From Tubulanus polymorphus (lineage: Eukaryota > Animalia > Nemertea), in NCBI RefSeq assembly GCF_964204645.1, contig NC_134025.1:62001-126000 (forward strand): DNA of 64,000 nt. The letters run 5' to 3'. The first letter of the stretch is position 1, and each line of letters starts with the position of its first letter. Under the pieces are notes generated by a model. The model was not told where the DNA came from. It saw nothing but the letters and a program-made list of their open reading frames with translations, and did not search any database. Below, one piece after another: positions 26,201-39,007 of the stretch. A program made the position numbers and the translations under genes.

Positions 26201-26677
26201 CTGACTCGCATCATCTACAATAATCAATCAATAAACAACAATCAAATATCGGATAACAGTCGCATCTATGTTACCATAGTAACGACATTACTTACATCTA
26301 TTGAAGAAACTGTTAAATCGTTCCGATTGTAAGTTCACAGCAGCACCAGTAGATGGAGCAACATGTCTGTATCTGTGAATCAATGTATTATCTGAAAAAA
26401 AATGCATATGTATTTGTTTAATAAATGACGCAAAAGAAAGATGCAGGCGCGGACCGGTGACTTCTGACTCGACTGACGACGCCGTGTTGTTAAATTGGAA
26501 CTTATCCCGATTTCAGGCCCCACTGCCCCTGGGCTCAGATTCTGGCTGGGGAGGAGATGGGGAGTGACAGGATCAGTACTAAGGAGGGCGGGGAAATTCT
26601 AATGGCTGTAAATACCCACAGAAATAAAAAAATAACTCACTGAATCGACAAAAAAATAATCTCATGGGCGCCGCCAT
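23216..26677 (-). CDS. MRPS5: Mitochondrial ribosomal protein S5 (uS5m) (multi-exon span)
   Basis: [62 protein letters not shown] and [21 protein letters not shown] at 26677. Confidence 0.95.
23620..23778 (-). repeat. 45-bp tandem duplication of an MRPS5 exon end plus donor site
   Basis: CATTAGCAAACCAG|gtaatacc occurs 3 times, followed by degenerate copies. Confidence 0.85.
24080..24290. repeat. Degenerate telomere-like repeat (ggtttaggggttgagtt)
   Basis: Intronic TTAGGG-like variants. Confidence 0.7.
24944..26020 (-). repeat. 58-bp tandem array made of an MRPS5 acceptor plus the first 32 nt of the exon
   Basis: Unit on the - strand is tttgtatttgtag|GTGAAATGAACATGGTTTGGCCCGGTTTAAAC-ctggtttattatg, about 18 copies. 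Confidence 0.95.
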
Positions 26678-27067
26678 TTTGATTATCCGGAGTGAACAAA
26701 TTCAATTAACGTTTATTGGTTCCGAAGTAATATAATACAATGAATAATAAACATTGCAGGAATATCAATAGAATATTGCAGAAAAAAACAATGATAATGA
26801 TTTATGATACGCTAGCTTCATTCAAGCTTAATTCAATCAATTTTATTGTTTGTTCAATCAAAGTTCAATTAATTTTATTTCGCTTCATTTATTACACGCT
26901 CGCAATATCTCGTTTAGATTTATAATAGACCGGTTTCAGGGGAAACTGGTCTCTTAAATAACTAGTACTGGTTCCACTGCCCGCGTTCTGTGTCATTGTC
27001 ATTAACCAGACTGCTCTCTTCAAACCGTCCTCGCTCCCCACTCCGTCCTCCCCTTCCTTTGAATCCC

Positions 27068-27207
27068 ACAGCAGCAGCAGCACTCAGCAGCAGCAGCAGC
27101 ACTCAGCAGCAGCAGCAGCACTCAGCAGCAGCAGCAGCAGCACTCAGCAGCAGCAGCACTCAGCAGCAGCAGCAGCACTCAGCAGCAGCAGCAGCAGCAG
27201 CAGCACT

Positions 27208-27248
<41 letters not shown>

Positions 27249-27317
27249 CTCAGCAGCAGTAGCACTCAGCAGCAGCAGCAGCAGCAGCAGCACTCAGCAG
27301 CAGTAGCACTCAGCAGC
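27068..27317. repeat. Interrupted (CAG)n microsatellite
   Basis: cagcagcag runs with cact interruptions, between the MRPS5 and HLCS starts. Confidence 0.92.
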
Positions 27318-27513
27318 CGGATGTCTAGTGCTATAAATAGTGTGTATAGAAATGATTAGTAAATGGATGCTATTTGAGGAGTTATTGATGTATCACTGCC
27401 ATATACAATAATGTGATGTAGCAGCCTCATCAGTACAGTACTGTCACTGGATAGTGTGAGGACGTCACTGCACGCACCTCTTGAATCCACGGCAACCGCC
27501 ACTTAAAACAACA

Positions 27514-30500
27514 ATGTTCACTGCTGCCTGTTTCATATTGTCATGGCAACACAGATCACTGGAAGCGCGTAAAAAGATGTGTTTTACAAAATTATTAAGA
27601 ACTCATTTGAGGAAAGGCAGTGTTATATTACAGACTCTACAACAACCACAGCAGGTTCGTTTCAAATCTCACATCTCAAATTACTTATTTCTGATATATT
27701 CAATTAATCTCGATATTGATTTTTAGGAAGCGACAAAAACTGGATCGAAATTTACTGAAATACCGCATGGATTTAAAACACGTAATTTAGAACAGTCTAT
27801 AACTGGTAATACAATCAGTGGTATTTTAACGGAGCCTCAGGTGAGTGGGCACCTCACGGGTCAGTGGGCACCTCTCGGGTCAGTGGGCACCTCACGGGTC
27901 AGTGGGCACCTCATGGGTCAGTGGGCACCTCTCGGGTCAGTGGGCACCTCACGGGTCAGTGGGCACCTCTCGGGTCAGTGGGCACCTCACGGGTCAGTGG
28001 GCACCTCACGGGTCAGTGGGCACCTCTCGGGTCAGTGGGCACCTCACGGGTCAGTGGGCACCTTACAGGTCAGCGGGTACATCACGGGTCAGTGGGCACC
28101 TCACGGGTCAGTGGGCACCTATCGGGTCAGTGGGCACCTTACAGGTCAGCGGGTACATCACGGGTCAGCGGGCACCTCATGGATCAGTGGGCGAGTGGGC
28201 ACCTATCAGGTCAATGGGCACCTCATGGATCAGTGGGCACGAATGAATTCGATGAATGTTATTTTGTAGTTGATTCTACCGTTGAGAGGTTGGACGTCGT
28301 ACCTTGCCAGTCAGAATAAAACTCCTGATTATATCAGAGATAAAACTCATAATGCTGTTATCTGTGTCCTGTTAGAAGCCGTAACTCCCGATGATTTAGA
28401 GACTTTCTGTTCACAATCTTTATCAATTCCTCTCAAAAAACGCATCAATGTAAGTGAAATTATTGAACTCTTGAATCTCAGGTGTCAGTTGCACAAAGTC
28501 ATGGCTTAGATTTGTCCAAGTTCTACAGTCGATCTAACAGCTTCAAGATAGACGACCACTTTTAGACTTAAATCACAGACTTATTCTTCACCGAGTCATG
28601 GCTTAGATTTTAAGACTTATGGTCAATCAACTGGACAACTGGCGCAGGAGCCAATTTGTTAGTTCATATTTAACTCCAAAACAAATGAATTGTTGAACCG
28701 TTGAACTAAGTTCAGATGTTGTATATGTTGTAGGTAGTTGATATAGCAGTTCCTCTAGCTTGGAGAGCTGGTAATCCATTCGGTATATTACTAGAATGTA
28801 CTCCAGATAAATACATCAGTTTAGCAGATGCTTTCATCCAACAATATCTCACAGTTTCTGAAAGTTTGCAAATTACTAAATTAATCTGTAAGTATATTTC
28901 AATTACATCATAGCAGGTATCAATCTGTAGCGAGGAACCAGTACCCCAGTTCAAACTGTGCGATTTGTTTAAAAGTGTGCTGAAAATGTCTGTTGTTTGT
29001 CATTCATTTTCAAAATGTCTCTAGTGAAGTTCTGAATACAAATGTGAAATGTGAACAAACACGAATTGTAAGAATAGTGATCAAGTAAGGAATGTGTCTG
29101 TCTGAGTTCTAAAGCTTCAGATCGATACCTGTTAGTTCTATTCCAGTTTATCAAGTGAATATGTTTTGAAATGTTTATGTTTTGCAGCAGTAAAAGTAGA
29201 AGGTAAACCAAGCGGTTTATTACGTACTAAAAGTGATACAGAATCAGTGAATGTATTTCACACTCCGGTCGGGTCACACGATGACCTCACACACTCCACT
29301 GACCTTCACAATTATACACACAATAGGTCAATAGTGATGAGAGAAAATAAATCTGATAATATCACTGGACTATCTGATAATATCACTGGACTATCTAATA
29401 ATATCACTGGACTATCTGATAATGTTACTGGACGACCTGATAAAGGACTACCTGATAAAGGACTACCTGATGTAATGAATAGAAATATGAAACCTCCGAA
29501 TGTTTTGATTTATTGCGGTAAAATTGATTCAAAGAGAATTTTTGAATCGATAAAATCAGTCGTAGATCGCTGTTTAAATATCGATTGTTACGCAATTTAT
29601 CATTTAAAATACGACGATATATCAAAATCACCATGGAAACAAAACGCTATTTTACTGATTGTTGCTACAGAAAAACTGGATTCAAACGCGAAAACTGAAT
29701 TTCAGGATTATTTACAAAATGGAGGAAATGTGGTTAGTTTGTGTAGTTCTATAGATGAGGAATTCATGACATTGAAATCTCGCTCAAATCAGATCGGAAT
29801 AATATCGATAAAATATGAGAATCGAGATGATCTCATACACGTAATCAGTGGTAAATACTCATATAACGTAAACAGTAATAATCAGTACAACATACTGGCT
29901 ACAGATGGCAGCACTGGTGACCCTGTAGTTATACATCTATCGACTCAATCGGGACAAATCATTTTAAGTCAGGTTTGTGCAAAAACGGTGAAAATATCCA
30001 ACGCTTTAAAATAACTTCCTCTGAAATGATGTGTATTTTGTGTGTATTTTATAGGTTCACTTTGAGAAGGATCCGATTGAGTTTGGAATAACTAGCGATT
30101 TGTACGTTTTACTGAAGAAATCAAATGAGAAGAAATTTGAGATATTGAAAGAGTTATTTATGAGTTTAGGAATAGACTGTAGTGAAACTCATCGTGATTT
30201 CGATGTGAAACCATTTTATCTGATGTCTGTAACTCAGGTAAGACTCCTCCCACCTGTCTGTAACTCAGGTAAGACTCCTCCCACCTGTCTGTTACACAGG
30301 TAAGACTCCTCCCACCTGTCTCTAACTCAGGTAAGACTCCTCCCACCTGTCTGTTACACAGGTAAGACTCCTCCCACCTGTCTGTAACTGAGGTAAGACT
30401 CCTCCCACCTGTCTGTTACACAGGTAAGACTCCTCCCACCTGTCTGTTACACAGGTAAGACTCCTCCCACCTGTCTGTTACTCAGGTAAGACTCCTGTCA

Positions 30501-33426
30501 ATCGCTCCTCCCACCTCAGAACTGTGTCTTAAACTGAGAAACTCTGGGTCCTGTACTGTGGAGCTGGGTCCTGTACTGTGGAACTGAGTCCTGTACTGTG
30601 GAGCTGGGTCCTGTTCTGTGGAGCTGGGTCCTGTACTGTGGATCTGGGTCCTGTACTGTGGAGCTGGGTCCTGTTCTGTGGATCTGTACTGTAGTTATCT
30701 TGTATTTCAGGCTGTATGTGAAAGGTTTTTGGCTTCAATAAAACCCAGATTGAAATCTGGTAATAAACTTTCATCCAGAAAGGCGACGTTAGAATTTGTA
30801 GATAGTGAACCTCAGACAGATATTGATTCATCAGTGATTCCTATTATTAACAAACAACAGAACTCGGATCATATTGAGTTTAATATGAGTTTATACAGAC
30901 AGAATATTTCAACTCAATTCACTGGTAATATTGTATTATATTCACAACTAACTCGTTCTACTATGGATTTGTTTGATGGGTGAGTTGTTGCTGTTGTTGT
31001 TGTTTAATTCCGATACTGGTGGATCCCGACTCCACACACTGTAGATATCTGTGTATACCGTCTAATTGTAGATTCATGTTCCATGTTCCTGATAATGTTG
31101 GAGTGGTCGCTATAGCTGCAAGACAAATCGATGGAAAAGGTAAAATTATACCTCCACCCCAGCCTGCAACCCCCTCCCCCTCTCAGCCTGCAACCTCCTC
31201 CCCCCCCCCCAGCCTGCACCCTCTCCACCTCAGCCTGCAACCCCCTCCCCTCTCAGCCTGCACCCCCTCCACCTCAGCCTGCAACCCCTCCCTCCTCAGC
31301 CTGCAGTTCCCTTCCCCTCAGTCTGTACCCTGAGTAAGAGTAATATTGTTTTTCTAGGTCGAGGTGGTAATAAATGGATTGGACCCGATGGTTGCGCAAT
31401 GTTCTCTTTTCACGTCAGACATGATTGTTTTTCTACTACGTCTTATTTACAACATATTGCATCATTAGCGGTCGTTCACGCTGTCAAACATACACCCGGA
31501 TATCAGGTACGTACACCCGGATATCGGGTACGTACACCCGGATATCGGGTACGTACACCCGGATATCGGGTACGTACACCCGGATATCGGGTACGTACAC
31601 CCGGATATCGGGTACGTACACCCGGATATCGGGTACGTACACCCGGATATCGGGTACGTACACCCGGATATCGGGTACGTACACCCGGATATCGGGTACG
31701 TACACCCGGATATCGGGTACGTACACCCGGATATCGGGTACGTACACCCGGATATCGGGTACGTACACCCGGATATCGGGTACGTACACCCGGATATCGG
31801 GTACGTACACCCGGATATCGGGTACGTACACCCGGATATCGGGTACGTACACCCGGATATCGGGTACGTACACCCGGATATCGGGTACGTACACCCGGAT
31901 ATCGGGTACGTACACCCGGATATCGGGTACGTACACCCGGATATCGGTTACGTACACCCGGATATCGGGTACGTACACCCGGATATCGGGTACGTACACC
32001 CGGATATCGGGTACGTACACCCGGATATCGGGTACGTACACCCGGATATCGGGTACGTACACCCGGATATCGGGTACGTACACCCGGATATCGGGTACGT
32101 ACACCCGGATATCGGGTACGTACACCCGGATATCGGGTACGTACACCCGGATATCGGGTACGTACACCCGGATATCGGGTACGTACACCCGGATATCGGG
32201 TACGTACACCCGGATATCGGGTACGTACACCCGGATATCGGGTACGTACACCCGGATATCGGGTACGTACACCCGGATATCGGGTACGTACACCCGGATA
32301 TCGGGTACGTACACCCGGATATCGGGTACGTACACCCGGATATCGGGTACGTACACCCGGATATCGGGTACGTACACCCGGATATCGGGTACGTACACCC
32401 GGATATCGGGTACGTACACCCGGATATCGGGTACGTACACCCGGATATCGGGTACGTACACCCGGATATCGGGTACGTACACCCGGATATCGGGTAGATT
32501 TTTAGCTCATTCGGGACTGAAGTCTTGATTAGGCTTTTGCTTTCATATTTCACCTATTGTCCAACTATCTGTGGATGGAATCCAGTTTGGGAAGTTTCAA
32601 TGTCTTGATATTTGTTTGATACATGTCATGTATTTACCCTAGTCACATCTGCATCTCAAAAACTAGCCCAATCAGAATCAAGATGGCTGATTGGTGGCCA
32701 TTGCAAAAATCAGCAATTCTGGTTACAGATTTTCATAATTATTTTCAGGATATTAATTTGCGATTGAAATGGCCGAATGATATTTATTACGGAGACCATA
32801 TGAAACTAGGAGGAGTTCTTGTGAATTGTACATCTATAAATAACGTCGTACACGCTATCATCGGTAAGATCTATATATACAGGGACTCGTCTGCTGCTGA
32901 TCAATAATATTGATTATATTGTTATTATTTGTAGGTTGTGGATTCAATGTATCAAACAGGAATCCATTGATTTGTTTAAACGATGTGATAGAACAGTTTA
33001 ATACTGAACATAATACAACATTAAAACCATTCACTATTGAACAGTTTATCGCGAAATCTATCACTGAATTCGAGTTATTGAAAACTGGTTTTCAATTGCA
33101 TGGATCTGATTGGTTCCTGAAGCAGTATTATAACGTTTGGCTCCACGGGTAAATATCAAATTTCATTCGATATATCAGTTTTAATAAGAACAAACTTCAT
33201 TCGATATATCAGTTTTAATAAGAACTGTTTGAAATAAATGTGTTCTCATTATTTCAGTGATCTGCAAGTTACTATAGATATGAATAATGAATTTGTATCG
33301 GGACGCGTGATTGGTTTAGATAAATACGGTTACCTATCGGTTGCTATTGACGATGGTGATATTGTTAGCGTTCAACCAGATGGAAATACGTTTGATATGA
33401 TGAAAAATCTCATTTGTCCAAAGTGA
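27514..33426 (+). CDS. HLCS: Biotin-protein ligase / holocarboxylase synthetase (multi-exon span)
   Basis: [74 protein letters not shown]. The start codon (27514) is less certain. Confidence 0.93.
27838..28240 (+). repeat. 19-bp minisatellite beginning at an HLCS donor site (gggtcagtgggcacctcac)n
   Basis: The real donor cctcag|gtgagtgggcacctc is echoed as cgg gtcagtgggcacctc. Confidence 0.88.
30223..30497 (+). repeat. 31-bp tandem array of an HLCS exon end plus donor
   Basis: tgtctgtaactcag|gtaagactcctcccacc, about 9 copies. Confidence 0.93.
31491..32496 (+). repeat. 21-bp near-perfect array derived from an HLCS exon end plus donor (tacacccggatatcgggtacg)n
   Basis: About 47 copies; the first copy is the exon end TACACCCGGATATCAG|gtacg. 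Confidence 0.95.
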
Positions 33427-33557
33427 GATTCATCAGTGTGATATATCAATGATGATATATCGATCTAGTGTTTGTGATATTGATAAACTGATTTTGCTGC
33501 TATCATTAAATGATAATTATATAATATTTATTGATAGAAATGTTATGCCTTCAACCA

Positions 33558-33782
33558 GCAGGGGGAGGGAGGGTAAGGGGCTGCTCCCCGTGGGGCAGGG
33601 AGGGTAAGGGGCTGCTCCCCGTGGGGCAGGGAGGGGAAGGGGCTGCTCCCCGTGGGGCAGGGAGGGTAAGGGGCTGCTCCCCGTGGGGCAGGGAGGGGAA
33701 GGGGCTGCTCCCCGTGGGGCAGGGAGGGGAAGGGGCTGCTCCCCGTGGGGAAGGGAGGGGAAGGGGCTGCTCCCCGTGGGGG
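33558..33782. repeat. 31-bp G-rich minisatellite downstream of HLCS
   Basis: ggggctgctccccgtggggcagggaggg(t/g)aa, about 7 copies. Confidence 0.9.
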
Positions 33783-33894
33783 ACAGTATGCAACATTAAT
33801 GGGTTTTTATTGATTCTTTGATATAATTTTATATGTAATTCACGATTGCAATAAATTAATCAATACTTCACAATGTATTAGTGTTTACTATTAT

Positions 33895-34640
33895 CTGATT
33901 GCTGAATAGAGGACGTACAGGGGTGTCCCGGGTTCGAATCCAATAATTACTGGCACTGATCCGGAGTGGTCCCGATACTGGATAGAGGATGTACAGGGGT
34001 GTCCCGGGTTCGAATCCAGTAATTACTGGCACTGATCCGGAGTGGTCCCGATACTGGATAGAGGATGTACAGGGGTGTCCCGGGTTCGAATCCAATAATT
34101 ACTGAATCTGATCCGGAGTGGTCCCGATGCTGAATAGAGGATGTACAGGGGTGTCCCGGGTTCGAATCCAATAATTACTGGCACTGATCCGGAGTGGTCC
34201 CGATGCTGAATAGAGGATGTACAGGGGTGTCCCGGGTTCGAATCCAATAATTACTGGCACTGATCCAGAGTGGTCCTGATACTGGATAGAGGATGTACAG
34301 GGGTGTCCCGGGTTCCAACCCAGTAATTACTGATATTGATTCAGAGTGGTCCTGGTGCTGAATATAGGAAACGGGGTGATTTTGTATTTGAAATATGACC
34401 GCCATCTATTGGAATTTGGCTGAACTAACTACATAGCTCTTACTGTCTTACTGACTGCTCTTTAATGCGTTGAAATCACACTCGCCATCTAGCGGATATG
34501 TATGTTACTACAATCTAATAACGGTTATCTTCACCAGATGGCGAATGTGATTTCAACGGATTAGAGAGCAGCCAGTAAGACAGTAAGAGCAATATAGTTA
34601 GTTCAGCCAAATTCCAATAGATGGCGACCCTAGCATCCAT
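33895..34640. mobile_element. Composite 76-bp satellite plus ~235-bp palindrome (34397-34628), copy 2
   Basis: Satellite and flanks are the reverse complement of those at 100-845; same inverted arms. Confidence 0.78.
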
Positions 34641-34819
34641 GATTAACATTACTTTGTTTTCTCTTAAGACTCGAGTTTTTCCTAGAACTATATTCAATCC
34701 TTATCAGTATTTATTTACCTACTGACAGTGCACGTGACCCCCTAAACTATTAACGACACGACGACACTATGTATATCTGTATCTCTCACTGACTGTAACT
34801 CGCTGATCGCGTTTAGAAA

Positions 34820-37800
34820 ATGTTTTACTGGTTTTATTTTACTATTTTGTGTCTCATCAATTTGACACAAACGGCTGAATCACGTGACCGCTTTAGACCG
34901 GGTACTCGTCACAAAGGTAAGCCACCCTGTCGATACATTTCCACAATTCGTCTGGGATCACATCGGAACAATGAGACAGATTATTGTGATGTCCCAGCCC
35001 GCTCTCACGAACCGTCAAATTCATATTCGGTAGAAAGAAAACCGTTCGACTGACTGCATTTCATCAAAGATTATTGAATGTTTTAGTTTTCAGTTTCGCC
35101 TCATATTATGGCGATCATATGGTTTTACAGCGAGGTCCGGCTCAGGCTGATATCTGGGGCTATATAACAACCGATAACCAAACTGTTCAACTTCAATTCA
35201 ACGGAAAAAACTACTCGACTTATTCACATCCGGGTAATATCGAAATCGATATTCAAAACGACTTTACTCTCATCTGATTGGCTACATCATGTTTTCATAT
35301 TCAAATTAGGTCCGATAGATGGAGTTTTTGTTTGGAAGGTCAAATTGGAAGCGACGGTGAATCCCGGACCTTACGTTATAACAGCAACATCTAACGGTGA
35401 AACTATCAGTTTACGTGATGTTTTATTTGGGGATGTTTGGATTTGTTCCGGTCAGAGTAACATGGCATTTACATTAAGCATGGTACGATCTAAACCGCGG
35501 TCTGGTTGTCGCTCTGGTATGGGTTGTATAGTCTGACTATTTAACCTTTAATCTTCAGACTAAGATACTCTAACGAGTTTGGATCGGTCTAGGTTGCTAT
35601 TTGTTATACGTAGAACTAAGCCGGTGTTAGACTGAGATGCCTTTGAGCCCTTGACCACAGACATACATACACAACCACCAGTCGTATGATCTAGTGACGA
35701 CTGGGCCGCGTAGCCCCCCAACTCGCTCCTCCCCCTAAATGTGTTGGTTACAGGTTCTGTTTTTATGTATATTTGTAGTTAAAGAACGCGAGTGCTGAGT
35801 TGAAGATTACATCGAATTATTCACACGTTAGAGTTTTCACTGCAGCCGTTGAATCTTCTACTAAGCCTCTTTATGATTTGAAATCTATTTCTGTCCCGTG
35901 GTCTCCCTCATCACCAAGTAATAATTATTACAATTCAGATATAATTAACATTGAACCCACAGTTATTTGAGGGCATTCGATTTGAAATCAGTTCATTGCC
36001 AAATATTTGACATTTGTGTGTGCGGAACTGGATCGTGATGATTCTGTGTTTTATATTTGAAGGATCATTAGGAGGAGATCCGTTCACTTATTTCTCTGCT
36101 GTTTGTTGGTTGTACGGTAAAGCTCTGTATGAGAGATTAAGATACCCGATTGGTTTAATAGAATCATGTGTTAGTGGAACTCCTGTAGAATACTGGATGT
36201 CTAAAGATGCGTTTACCAGTTGTAATCTTCACAGGTTAATTTAATTGATTAAACAAAGTTCAACAGTTACAGCTAAATTACGTACATGTACATGCATAAA
36301 TATTACATATCCATGTACATTTTGTAACCTGTTTTTGTCTTACAAACTTTAATTATAACTTAATTCTGATGGTCGAAATCTAGGAATTTGATTAATTTTA
36401 ACTCACAAATGTGGACTGATTCAATGTTTTATTAGTTTTTAGTTTCGGTAATCAAATGATATTCGAGTCCTTGTAATTACAGGTCATCAGTGCATGACAA
36501 TTCTTTATGGAATGCTATGATAAATCCGCTTTTAAACATGACCATATATGGAAGTATCTGGTATCAAGGTAGGTTCGTCCGTTTTTAGAATATAGAAAAT
36601 TTGAAATGAAACTCTAGCAATTTTCAATCAATTTCCAACTCAAAAATGAGAAAATGAGTTGATGAATTTTCATTAAATTGGAGGGAAATTAAGATGTCAA
36701 CATACACGCAATAAGATTGTTATCTTTTCGAGATACTTATATCGAGTCTCATGTTTTTGAGATACTATATCGAGTCTCGTGTTTATGGTTTCGATGCTGT
36801 TTTTAAGGAGAGTCAAATGCTATGCACAATCGACACAATTATAACTGTACATTCCCAGCAATGATCGCTGATTGGAGGCTGAAATTCTCATCTCACAGTC
36901 AAACTGATCATCAATTCCCGTTCGGTTTCGTTCAGGTATCAATAGTTCTTAACTGCGCTTAACTCAGAGTTCACTCTGAGGTCGCACTAAGCCTCCCGGT
37001 TTGGTCCGACTCGAGAGGTGTTTAATGTTGTATTGTGTATTATTATAGTTAGCTCCCGATAACGATGAATCAATGGTGAATAATTTTCCTGAAATTCGCT
37101 GGCATCAGACAGCTGATTACGGCTACGTTCCTAACCCTAAAATGAATAATGTGTTTATGGCTGTAGCGATAGATTTACCCGATTCTACTTCACCCTGGGG
37201 CAGGTAAATATAACTTACCCTAAATATCAACTTCCAATAGTAGAACTGGATCCAGAACTGTGGAACTGGATCCAGAACTGTGGAACTGGGTCCTGTACTG
37301 TGGAACTGGATCTTGAACTGTACTACTGGATCCTGAGTTGTAGAACCAGATCCTAAAGTGTGGAACTGGGTTCTGATTCCTCAGTTGTGGATCGAACCAG
37401 ATCCTAAAGTGTGGAATAGTTGAGTCGTACGTGTTGATTTCAGGTCACAGATTCTAAGTGTATGAATGTTTATTTGCAGCATTCACCCGAGATATAAATA
37501 TGAAGTAGTGAATCGTTTGACTTTATCCAGTTTAGCGGTCGCTTATAAAATGAAAAATATCCGATTTCAAGGACCTTTCCCAACAGCTGTAGAGTTCATT
37601 AAAACCAAACAACTGATAAGAATAGTTTACGACGATGGTCAAACACAGTTACAAATTCGACAGTCATACGTCTGGGATTACCAGGTGAGATTCGGTTGTC
37701 AGCTCCTGGGGTGGATTTCACAGAAATTCCTGAATCAGTTTATGAATGAATGGTTTCCATGGATCTCCGTAGCTGGGTCAATATCTAGAAATCGGAATTG

Positions 37801-38067
37801 TTTTCAAGCTATTGTTATGAATATCATGATGAATGTTATTGGTTTTAATTATAGATATATTGCGGTTATAAGTGGTCAGCAGCACCTATCATCCACTCGA
37901 CTGATTCTGCTGTATATATCTCCTCTTACGGATGTATATCTGTTGGTCAGATATTATATATCAGATACAACTGGTCAGTTTCCCCCTGTTTACTTAAACA
38001 ATGCGCCATTTATGATTCAAACACTGCACTTCCGGCTCCACCGTTCATTCTTAAAGTGAACTTTTAG
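34820..38067 (+). CDS. SIAE: Sialate O-acetylesterase (multi-exon span)
   Basis: Signal peptide, then FASYYGDHMVLQR, DVLFGDVWICSGQSNM, FSAVCWLYG, WYQGESN, FPFGFVQL, IHPRYK and LPAPPF. Confidence 0.93.
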
Positions 38068-38092
38068 AAACTCTGATTCCGGTTATGAAACT

Positions 38093-38334
<242 letters not shown>

Positions 38335-39007
38335 AAATTCTGGCCCATTATTCCATGTATTTAATCAAATTGTCTATTTGTATACATATTTTGAGTTTGT
38401 TTTATTGATTTTTTTAACTGATAATGTAATGACGTATGGATCAGGAATAAATCATGGATATTTCACCAAATTTTGATTTTGATTGTTATTGACAATAGCG
38501 AGTAATAAAGCGTGACTCCTACGGGTCGTGTCGGATCAAGTGCAATTGTTGTATATATTGTGAGTGTCAAATACACAGTACTGTCACACATACAGCATAC
38601 ATTGTACTGTTTATATTGGAGTTAAATATTCTAAACAGGTAAATATATTTAGTTAAATAAGTTAATTTTGCGATAAAATTGGTTAATTCAATTACAGTCA
38701 AATTTCGTATATTTTTATCGGAAAGTGCTTTAATTATACATATCAACGTATCAACATTTTTTTGTGAACAAATAATGTGAAAGCTGACTCAAATTCAATG
38801 ATTATACCATTCACTATAAAGCGATCCTTTTCTCAAAAGTTGGTTAAACTTTAACCAGTTGAAAGTGACAATTTGACGGTGATGGTTTCTGTATAATGGA
38901 CCTGATAATGTTCCTAGCTCCCAGGTGGCGTTTGATCACTTATACATATACAACTCATAGTATTTAAAGATTTTAGTGAAAATAACATAAATGATGATTT
39001 TCTAGAA

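Noticed and set aside
26990-27262. PolyQ/polyS/polyA protein
   Set aside because: CAG microsatellite between divergent gene starts, with no ATG start or splice support.
31399-32553. Four overlapping 200-370 aa ORFs; possible CRISPR-like array
   Set aside because: Perfect 21-bp tandem repeat with no unique spacers and no cas genes, in a eukaryotic intron.
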